Source of the DNA: Octopus bimaculoides
Taxonomy: Eukaryota
Assembly: GCF_001194135.2 (NCBI RefSeq)
Contig: NC_068988.1
Coordinates: 76,851,498 to 76,915,497, forward strand
Length of the DNA: 64,000 bases
Direction of reading: 5' to 3'
The notes below the pieces were generated by a model that worked only from the letters and a program-made list of their open reading frames with translations, was not told the DNA's origin and did no database searches. Position 1 is the stretch's first letter; each line of letters starts with the position of its first letter. The position numbers were made by a program, and so were the translations under genes. Shown here piece after piece: positions 37,693-47,646 of the stretch.

Positions 37693-39050
37693 GTATCATC
37701 ATCATTATCATCGTTTAACGTCCTCTTTCCATGCTAGCATGGGTTGGACGATTTGACTGAGGACTGGTGAAACCGGATGGCAACACCAGGCTCCAGTCTA
37801 ATTTGGCAGAGTTTCTACAGCTGGATGCCCTTCCTAACGCCAACCACTCAGAGAGTGTAGTAGGTGCTTTAACGTGTCACCCGCACGAAGGCCAGTCAGG
37901 CGGTACTGGCAACGGCTACACTCAAAATGGTGTCTTTTATGTGCCACCCGCACAAGTGCCAGTCCAGGGGCACTGGCAACGATCTCNNNNNNNNNNNNNN
38001 NNNNNNNNNNNNNNNNNNNNNNNNNNNNNNNNNNNNNNNNNNNNNNNNNNNNNNNNNNNNNNNNNNNNNNNNNNNNNNNNNNNNNNNNNNNNNNNNNNNN
38101 NNNNNNNNNNNNNNNNNNNNNNNNNNNNNNNNNNNNNNNNNNNNNNNNNNNNNNNNNNNNNNNNNNNNNNNNNNNNNNNNNNNNNNNNNNNNNNNNNNNN
38201 NNNNNNNNNNNNNNNNNNNNNNNNNNNNNNNNNNNNNNNNNNNNNNNNNNNNNNNNNNNNNNNNNNNNNNNNNNNNNNNNNNNNNNNNNNNNNNNNNNNN
38301 NNNNNNNNNNNNNNNNNNNNNNNNNNNNNNNNNNNNNNNNNNNNNNNNNNNNNNNNNNNNNNNNNNNNNNNNNNNNNNNNNNNNNNNNNNNNNNNNNNNN
38401 NNNNNNNNNNNNNNNNNNNNNNNNNNNNNNNNNNNNNNNNNNNNNNNNNNNNNNNNNNNNNNNNNNNNNNNNNNNNNNNNNNNNNNNNNNNNNNNNNNNN
38501 NNNNNNNNNNNNNNNNNNNNNNNNNNNNNNNNNNNNNNNNNNNNNNNNNNNNNNNNNNNNNNNNNNNNNNNNNNNNNNNNNNNNNNNNNNNNNNNNNNNN
38601 NNNNNNNNNNNNNNNNNNNNNNNNNNNNNNNNNNNNNNNNNNNNNNNNNNNNNNNNNNNNNNNNNNNNNNNNNNNNNNNNNNNNNNNNNNNNNNNNNNNN
38701 NNNNNNNNNNNNNNNNNNNNNNNNNNNNNNNNNNNNNNNNNNNNNNNNNNNNNNNNATAGAAGTTGTTTCCTGTTTGTTTACAGTGTTTATTGCACCTGA
38801 ACATCTGCCACATACAAAAACTAACTTCCTAGTTAACCTGCCTTTGATATTGCTGCACCTCTTATGTGTCCATAGCTTGCACCGGGTACATCTTATAGAG
38901 TTACTACCTACTCCTTTTCTACATACCGAGCAGGGTCATCTACCTGAAGGGGTTTGTGTTTTATCTACCTTCCTACTTATTAGGATTTTGGTTTTAGCTA
39001 GGTTGACTCTAAGGCCCTTCGATTCTAGTCCTTGCTTCCATACCTGAAAC
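37693..39050 (-). mobile_element. RTE-clade LINE 3' portion across a gap (N 37987-38757)
   Basis: Tail at 37693; CSVCRKGVG...CTRC...HKRC PHD-like segment at 38760-39050. Confidence 0.85.
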
Positions 39051-39059
39051 TTCTCCTCC

Positions 39060-39690
39060 TCCTCGGTTATAATGTCATTTTTAGTAATCTTAAATTTTCA
39101 TCTTTATACAACATAACAATGTTGTTTAGATACAATCATCCATAGTACTCCATGATAATTTCCTCTGTATTAACATCACAGGTTTTATTAGCGCCTTGCC
39201 CCTTTAACTGGTAATTAACATCTTGATTTGGGGTCTTCCCCCATTCGCTTCCTTTATAGACAGTTACTTATACAAATCCTAAAATCCTGACAATATTAAT
39301 GACCATACCCAACTATAAACTGTCAACTCACTCCCGCCCTTCATTCTAAACAGACACTGTCCTCTAATCTTAGATTTGGTAGTTGATAAAAAATACTAAT
39401 AAATTAAAAATGAAACACAATCCTTTACAAGCTATGACCTTAACAAACTTCATACAGTTCTTAGAAGTGTAGTGTATTCTTAGCTACATTACTAGCAACA
39501 TGGACTCTTTCCCTCTTCTTGCTCTATTAGGGAATTTGAGTAAAATTAATATGTTCAACTGATTAAAAATTCTATTTATTTATGCAGCTGAGGATAGCCC
39601 TGCATTTAAATTGATGTAAGATTGCATTGTTCAATTAAATGGAGTCACTTGAAATGGTCATAGTGCATCACCTCTTGATATCCTGTTGCC
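39060..39690. repeat. Unclassified repeat, arm 2 of the inverted pair (with a ~240 bp extra segment)
   Basis: See 37025-37430. Confidence 0.7.
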
Positions 39691-40032
39691 TATTTTCTAC
39701 AGCTGGATGCTCTTCCTAACGTGAACCACTCCAAGAGTGTAGTGGGTGCTTTTACATGCCACCAGCATGAAGGTCAGTCAGGCGGTACTGGCAACAGCCA
39801 CGCTCAAAATGGTGTATTTTACATGTCACCTGCACGAGAGCCAGTCCAGTGGCACTGGCAACGATCTCGCTCGAAAGTCTTTACACGTGCCCCCGGCACA
39901 TGTGCCAAAAAGGCGACACTGGGCACAGGTGCCATCATGATTTCATTTTTGTTTGCATCAACAAGTCTTCGCAAGCCGAGTTTCGTGTCCAATGAAGGAG
40001 ACAACGTTGGCATGAGTGCCAGTCATCGGATT
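39690..40032 (-). mobile_element. RTE 3' UTR fragment
   Basis: ttctacagctggatgc...aaccactcc...agagtgtag module shared with other copies. Confidence 0.8.
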
Positions 40033-40527
40033 NNNNNNNNNNNNNNNNNNNNNNNNNNNNNNNNNNNNNNNNNNNNNNNNNNNNNNNNNNNNNNNNNNNN
40101 NNNNNNNNNNNNNNNNNNNNNNNNNNNNNNNNNNNNNNNNNNNNNNNNNNNNNNNNNNNNNNNNNNNNNNNNNNNNNNNNNNNNNNNNNNNNNNNNNNNN
40201 NNNNNNNNNNNNNNNNNNNNNNNNNNNNNNNNNNNNNNNNNNNNNNNNNNNNNNNNNNNNNNNNNNNNNNNNNNNNNNNNNNNNNNNNNNNNNNNNNNNN
40301 NNNNNNNNNNNNNNNNNNNNNNNNNNNNNNNNNNNNNNNNNNNNNNNNNNNNNNNNNNNNNNNNNNNNNNNNNNNNNNNNNNNNNNNNNNNNNNNNNNNN
40401 NNNNNNNNNNNNNNNNNNNNNNNNNNNNNNNNNNNNNNNNNNNNNNNNNNNNNNNNNNNNNNNNNNNNNNNNNNNNNNNNNNNNNNNNNNNNNNNNNNNN
40501 NNNNNNNNNNNNNNNNNGTCTCACAGC

Positions 40528-40561
<34 letters not shown>

Positions 40562-40601
40562 TTAAGGAATGGAGAAAACGCATGTTATAATTGCATACTT
40601 T

Positions 40602-40687
40602 ATTCCTACATATGTTTCAAAGGATTACAACCTATGTGATCCATAGGGATCGGTGATATTAAAATTGTAACCTTCTCTTCGGGGAAT
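40602..40687 (-). ncRNA. Candidate type I hammerhead ribozyme (near-complete fold, one core substitution)
   Basis: AUUCC-CCGAAGA-GAAGGUUACAA...UUGUAAUCCUUU-GAAA-C-AUAU-G-UA-GGAAU. 5 bp stem I, 11 bp stem II, palindromic ACAUAUGU stem III. Confidence 0.7.
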
Positions 40688-40910
40688 GCATGGGAATCAT
40701 CTTAAACGTAAGACATTATGACCGAGTATGAAAACAATAGATGGATAAGGTTATGACGTGATTCATTTGAAAAAAACCGTTAGAGAATTGGACGCTACCG
40801 GATAGTGGGTTGGACAACACATACATATAAATGTATGAAAACATATATGCATACATAATTACATATACACCTATACACACATACATACATATATATACAC
40901 ATATATATAC

Positions 40911-40943
<33 letters not shown>

Positions 40944-41029
40944 CATATATATATATATATATAAATGTGTTTTATACAGGATAGTGCTACTGTTGTTTAT
41001 AGCCCCAAAAAGACATCTCCTCCAGCTGA

Positions 41030-41446
41030 CTAACAACACACAACCTATGTCCGATTAGTATTTGTGAGGGAGCTCATTGCTCCCATCTGTAGTCTTATGT
41101 GATACACATGGACTCAAGTTTCTGGGTGGTTACTCATCCTCAGTGTGTGTTAATCACTAGCTAGTGATGAAAGCTCATTCCACTTGCAAATTACTACATA
41201 CTTTTCTGGTGACTCACTGTCGATGATCTCGTAAAAGAGAGAGAAATGTTATACTAAGTTTCTGAGTGAGATATAAACAGTAGCAGTACAGAATTGTAAA
41301 CTATATTTGCCAACTAGCTAATGATTAATGCACACTGAGGATAGGTAACCACTCAGAAACTGGAGTCTGTGTGTATCATGTAAGGTTAGAGATGGGAGTG
41401 ATGACCTCCCTCGCAAATGCTAATTGGACACAGACTGTGTCGCTAG
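41030..41446. mobile_element. MITE/foldback element with ~135 bp imperfect terminal inverted repeats
   Basis: 41030-41165 is the reverse complement of 41313-41446 (e.g. gatacacatggactcaagtttctgggtggttac / gtaaccactcagaaactggagtctgtgtgtatc). Confidence 0.75.
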
Positions 41447-41704
41447 GGAATTTAAGAAGAAATTTTTTGCATAACTGTATTAATTCCATTATGCAGAAGA
41501 CAAAATTGACAAAATTTTGTAAAAATTCATAAAATTAAAAAAAGTTATGAGGGGTGTTAGCACATGCTTACATCATAATGCCACCTTCCTAACATCAATC
41601 ACTCTGCAGTGGAGTACCCCTCGTTGAGTAATTATATATGTATATATGTATGTATGTATGCACACATATATATATATATATATACATATATTTATGTATG
41701 TATG

Positions 41705-41807
41705 TCATTATTCAGTTTATTTCAAGAATGTTTGCCAATAGAGAAAGAGCCGGTCTCTAACTTAGGTTCAAGGCACCTTCAATGGAATTTCAACATCAGC
41801 AACAGGG
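41705..41807 (-). mobile_element. Terminal ~100 bp of the (TATG)-associated R4/Dong-like LINE 3' UTR (probably belongs to copy C)
   Basis: Homologous to 45079-45180 and ~41860-41960; flanked by TATG repeats. Confidence 0.7.
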
Positions 41808-41859
41808 TATGTATGTATATATGTATGTATTTATGTGTGTATTTATGCATGTATGTATT

Positions 41860-43112
41860 TTATCAATCAGTTTCATTTCTGTATTTCTTGTCAATAGAGA
41901 AAGAGCCGGACTCTAACATAGATTCAAGGCTCCTTCATTGGAACTTTTATCAACATCATCTAGGTATTTGTGCATAATGTGTGTGTGTGTGCAGTATCTG
42001 GTGTTAGTGTATGCGCAGATTTGTATGTTTGTTTTATGGATGCGTTTTTATGTATATATTTTCATGTCTAGATGCATGCATATGTATTTATGTGCTAAAT
42101 TTTTGGAAAGTTTTACATATCTTTACAACTGTAAAGATATGTAAAACTTTGATGGCTTGAATCTGATGGCTTGAATCTGTAGTCTTCTAATCAGCCTTTT
42201 TCTTTCAGGTTTTGAGAACCCTAATTTTTCCAGGTTTTTGTTGAGGCAGTTCGTTACATATCCCAATGCCCCAACAATCACGGGTATGAATCTGAACTTG
42301 TAGTCTGGGTGGAGTATCTGCAAATGTTTCAGTAGCTCGGCATAGTTGTTCTCTTTTTCTCTAATCTTTAATGTGATGTTGACATCCGCAGGACAGCTGA
42401 TTTCTACTACTGTACACAGTTTCTCTTCTCTGTCCCAGATTACTATATCCGGTCTATTATGTCTGCATTTTATTGAGGTTTTTATTGGGACATTCCACCA
42501 ATACTCTTTCATATTGTGAGTGGTAATGGCCTCTACCTCATTATGGGTTTCCATCTCCTTAGCCCCGGGGTTATTCTGTCGGCGGATTTCATTGTACAGT
42601 GTCTTGGACACAACATCATGTCTCATAGGTAGGTAATACCGTGATGACATTTTTGGACAGCTGCTGATACTGATTCCACAGAGTCTGCATCGGTTATTAC
42701 ATTGTGGCGCTTTGCCCGCCTCTCTGTCCCGTTTGTTTATTAGGAATTTGGTTGGTAGTTCTTGTTCTTGAATAGCAAAGGCATGCCCTTCAAAGTGAGA
42801 GTTGGTGACCCGATAGACTCCATGATAGACTGCTCTGGTTGTCAATGTTGTTATCACCCTGGAGCTTTCTGTTAACGTATCCATGCATGGTCTTCTGCTG
42901 GAATGCATTCATCCTCTCCTCTGATGTTATGTTACGGTAGAGTCTTGCAATTTGTCTGGGTAAGAGTTCAGGGTTGTCGAATAAGGAATGCTTGCCAAGT
43001 AGTTGCCTTTCCAATCTCATGATGGTATTTACCTCATGTCTGCAGACTTCATCAAGGGGTGCACTTCGACACTTGGTGGTTCTGAGATGATGTCGAAGAG
43101 ATATGACACGGC
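41860..43112 (-). mobile_element. R4/Dong-like RLE non-LTR retrotransposon, 5'-truncated copy B
   Basis: CRLC...SSCPKM..RYYLPMRHD; YWWN; HNRPDIVIWD...VEISCPAD (PD..D nuclease). Confidence 0.88.
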
Positions 43113-43129
43113 GTGTATGTATGTATATG

Positions 43130-44356
43130 TGCAGATTTCTGTTTTGTTTTATGTATGTATTCTCGTGCCTATAGTTACATATCTAGACATGCTCATATAT
43201 ATTTAAATTATAAACTTCTGGAAAATTTTACAGATTTTTACAGTTCCAGTGATTGATTGAATCTATAGTATCAAATTAGATTTCTCCTTTCTGGTTTTGA
43301 GAAGCTTAATTTCTTAAGATTGGTATTTAGGCAGTATGTTACATATCCTAGGGCCCCAATAATTACAGGAATAAGTCTGAACTTGTAATCTGGATAGAGT
43401 AACTGCAGATTTCTCAATAGTTCAGTGTAGGTATTCTCTTTTCCAGTGATCTTCAGTTTTATTTTAACATCCATTGGGCAGCTAATTTCCACAACTGTGC
43501 ACAGTTTCTCTTCTCTATTCCAAATCCTTATATCAGGTCTGTTGTGCTTACATTTTATTGAGGGTTTAACTGGGACATTCCACCAGTACTCATTTTTATT
43601 ATGAGTGGCTATGGTTTCTACCATACCGTGGGTTCTTATTTCTTTGTCCTTGGGATATCCTTCCAACGGATTTCATTATATATGTCCTAGTTAGAACATC
43701 ATAACTCATTGGTAGATAATACTGTAATGACATTTTTGGACAACTGCTTATGATGTGGGTGATACCTTCAGTGTTAACTCCACAAAGTCTATATCAATTG
43801 TCATATTTTACTGCTTTTCCTGCATCTCTATCCCTTTTGTGCATCAGGTATTTGGTTAATATTTCCTGCTCCTGGATTGCAAATGCATACCCTTCAAAGT
43901 GAGAGGTAGTAATCCAGTTGCTGGTCCATGATAGACTGCCTTGATTATCAATGTGACTATCATCTTAAATCTTTCTAATGATATATGAATTATCTTCTGC
44001 TCATATATGCTTATCCTTTCATCTGATGATACATTGCAGTGGAGTCGTGCGACTTCTTTGGGCATGTATTTAAGGTTATTAGACAAGGAATGTTGCTCAA
44101 GGAGCTACCTTCTAAGTCTCATGATGTTTTCAGCCTCATGTATGCAAACTTGTTCAAGAGATCCACCTTGACACTTGGTGGTTAAAAGATGTTGCCAAAG
44201 AGATATGATATGACATTCAAAGGCATTTTGGATTGATGTTAAACCTCTGCCGCCTTGTTTACCATTTTGGTTGAGGTAGCCTACGTCATTCTTTATTTGG
44301 AAATTATGTGTAGTTGTTAGTATTTTCCAGGTTTTCACATTAATGGCCCAGATTGC
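43130..44356 (-). mobile_element. R4/Dong-like RLE non-LTR retrotransposon, 5'-truncated copy C
   Basis: YWWNVPV...HNRPDIRIWN...VEISCP; QGGRGLTSI upstream. Confidence 0.85.
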
Positions 44357-45078
44357 ATGTATGTATGTTGCTGGCTTTGGAGCAAGAGAAAGGAGTTAAG
44401 CTGGAGGCCGGGAGGAGATGAGGAGCTGTGATTTGGCCAACTCTCCTGACCCACCAATGGGAGGGTATTACAGTTTAGGGTCGAAACGCCCAATGAACAT
44501 TGGATACTGTCTGATGACATCAGTTCCTCCTGGCCAAGGCTCCATCCACTTTGGTGAATGAAAAAAGCACCTCCTTATAGGTGTTACATCTGTTTGTTGT
44601 TTATATGCCTATCTTCGTCTTTTGTTTTTCTGTAAATTTAAACTATATATGTATAAGTATATATGTAAAAGTAAGATCCAAGGTTCCAGGTGTAGGAAGT
44701 TAGTAAGCTTCGAGCAGTATGTAGAAGGTATAAAAAACAACTTTCAGGAACAATAGTGGGTTTTTTTGGTGTAGAAGGGTGTAAATTTTTCCCATATCGA
44801 AGTTTGATAAGCAGAAAAATGTTATTTTATAGTTCACAGTTAGCAACTAGGGTGCTAGGTATGTGAATACAAATCCAAATTTAGGGAATGGAGCAGGTAA
44901 AATTTAGGCAACATATGTTTCTCAAAAGTAGTAATTACTCAATAAGGGGTACTCCACTGACTACTCATCAAGCGAAAGATATCTTAGTTAAATGAAGGTT
45001 ACATTGTCATCAAGAGATCTCAAGTTAACTTGCAGGAAATTTGATTGAAATATGGATTTTTATGTATATGTATGTATG

Positions 45079-46348
45079 TCATTATTCAGCTTATTTCAAG
45101 ATTTCTTGCCAATAGAGAAAGAATCGGTTTCTAACCTAGATCCAGCACTCCTTCATTGGAATTTTAACATCAACAACAGGTTATTTTTGTTTGTACGTAT
45201 GTCTTTTGTATGTATGTATGTCTTTTGTATGTTCGTATGTCTTTTGTATGTTCGTATGTCTTTTGTTTGTATGTGTGTCTTTTGAGAAATCTCAAGTTGA
45301 GCATGAGAAAGTAAGGAGGGATGTCAGGAAGGGCATCACTGTTGCACTTCCAGATGGTAAGGGTCTTCCTATGATGCTGACATGCAGTGTCTGTGCAAGA
45401 CCCTGCTCCAGTAAAGTTGGGCTCATGAGTCATCTTCGTAGTCATAAAGCGAGACCAATGATTGATTACCAGGCTGTTGGTGATGATGCTACACACCATA
45501 CAAATCATATCTGTCAGGCATGTGGAAGGGAGTGTAATTCGATGGGAGGACTTAAATGACATGCAAAGATACATGAAGCCCAATTACAATTACAGCTGGC
45601 TATTGCCAGTAACGGTTTTAGCTGCCAATTCTGTCCAAGACATTGTAGATCTTTAGCTGGGCTAAAAGTCACATTTGATCACAGCACTGTTAACAGTTAA
45701 GCCTTGTGCATTGGCCATACTCAATAACGAGGGGGCAGCCATCATGTATGTATGTGCAGATTTATATGTTTTATGTATGTATTCTCATGCATATAGTTAC
45801 ATGCTCATATATATTTAAATGATAAACTTCTGGAAAGTTTTAGAGATTTTTACAGTTCCAGTGATTGATTGAATCCATAGTATCGAATTAGATTTCTCCT
45901 TTCTGGTTTTGAGAAGCTTAATTTCTCAAGATTGGTATTTAGGCAGTGTGTTACATATCCCAGGGCCCCAATAATTACAGGTATAAACCTGAACATGTAA
46001 TCTGGATAGAGTAACTGCAGATTTCTCAATAGTTCAACATGTGTTCTCTTTTTCACTGATCTTCGGTTTTATGTTAACATCCACTGGGCAGCTAATTTTC
46101 ACAACTGTGCACAGTTTCTCTTCTCTATCCCAAATCATTATATCAGGTCTGTTGTGCTTGCATTTTATTGAAGTTTTCACTGGGACATTTCACCAGGATT
46201 CCTTTACATTACGAGTGGCTATAGCTTCTATCATATTCTGGGTTTTTATTTCTTTGTCCTCGGGATTATCTTTCCAATGGATTTCATTATAGAATATCCT
46301 AGCTATAATGTCATGCCTCATCGGTAGATAATACCGTAATGACATTTT
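45079..46348 (-). mobile_element. R4/Dong-like RLE element copy D, interrupted by an RTE insertion
   Basis: Same 3' UTR and C-terminus (LRYYLPMRHD, FIPVIIGALGYV); both ends abut (TATG)n. Confidence 0.85.
45285..45745 (+). mobile_element. RTE (BovB-like) 3' end with three C2H2 zinc fingers
   Basis: CSVCARPCSSKVGLMSHLRSH; CQACGRECNSMGGLK*HAKIH; CQFCPRHCRSLAGLK. Ends gagggggcagccatcat. Confidence 0.7.
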
Positions 46349-46443
46349 ATGTATGTATATGTGTGTGTATGTATGTATGTATGTATGAATGTATGTATGT
46401 ATGTATATATGTATGTATGCATATATGTATATACACATATATA

Positions 46444-46488
<45 letters not shown>

Positions 46489-46561
46489 CAGGGAAAATGA
46501 TATATTAGTGGACAGTCAATGGCACTTCTGTGCATCTGCACATTTTCATTTTTTTTTTATA

Positions 46562-46600
46562 CTAGCTGATGTACCATTCTAATTCCCAGAAAAGCGAGAA
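46562..46600 (-). mobile_element. Helitron 3' terminus (decayed hairpin, CTAG|T)
   Basis: actagctgatgtaccattctaattcccag, homologous to 47646-47680. Confidence 0.55.
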
Positions 46601-46799
46601 ACTATTGAAAAAGTTGCAAGATGCAATGAAAATTTTAGAAAAATGAAAAACGAAATAAGTGGAAATTTTACCGGAGAGAGTGTTAAATTATAAGGCACCA
46701 AAAGAGAATGACTCTTCCCAGACATAACAGAATATGCTTCAACACACGAAATCACATAAAGAATCTTGCAAACCAAATCCAAAAGCGAAATATATTCAT

Positions 46800-46830
<31 letters not shown>

Positions 46831-47066
46831 CATATGCATATACATATATTCATGCACACACACATATATATGCATATATTCATACACACACACACACACA
46901 CACACTCACACATATATATATATACACATATTCATTCATTCATACATGCATATATATATATATATATAATACGGATAAAAATTCAAATTTACAGGTGAAA
47001 ACTCAATTAAATTCAATTTATCAAAAATTAAAATTAAATTAAGTTTCACAGTATATAATATCTAAA

Positions 47067-47625
47067 TATATAATTTAGAGAAAAGAACCAAAGTTCATGA
47101 ACTTATCCATGAAAATCCACAGTCACACATAGAAAAATTTAATAAGTAAATACACTAAAAAGAACTATAATAAAATACAAAGTAATAATCATTAAAATAA
47201 TAAAATAATAAAATGACTACACGTGTTTCATAACCAAATTTTCAAATAGAAAATCAAATCAAATCAAATTGATTAAAATAGATCGATCGAAAATCAATTC
47301 TATTCAAAAATATAGCTAATTGTCTGGTCAAAATACAACACTAATAATGTATATATATCAACCAACAATAAATAACAAATGAATTTATATAAAAATACTT
47401 ATTATATCAAGAAGTAAAAGTACTTTATTTTACTAATAAATAAAAGAAAAATATTTAATGATATTGTATTGCACACAACTGGACGTTTTATTATTTCAAT
47501 GATTATTACTTTGTATTTTATTATCGTTCTTTGTAGTGTATTTATTTATTAAATTTTTCTATATGTGACTGTAGATTTTCATGGATAAGTTCATGAACTT
47601 TGGTTCTTTTCTCTAAATTATATAT
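47067..47625. repeat. Inverted-repeat element with ~140 bp highly similar arms
   Basis: 47067-47205 is the reverse complement of 47487-47625 with few mismatches. Confidence 0.85.
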
Positions 47626-47646
47626 ATATATACATATATTCATACA

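Noticed and set aside
37767-39047. Long ORFs in the track (also 8850, 30265, 34502, 36129, 39721, 54059)
   Set aside because: Their length comes from N runs translated as X.
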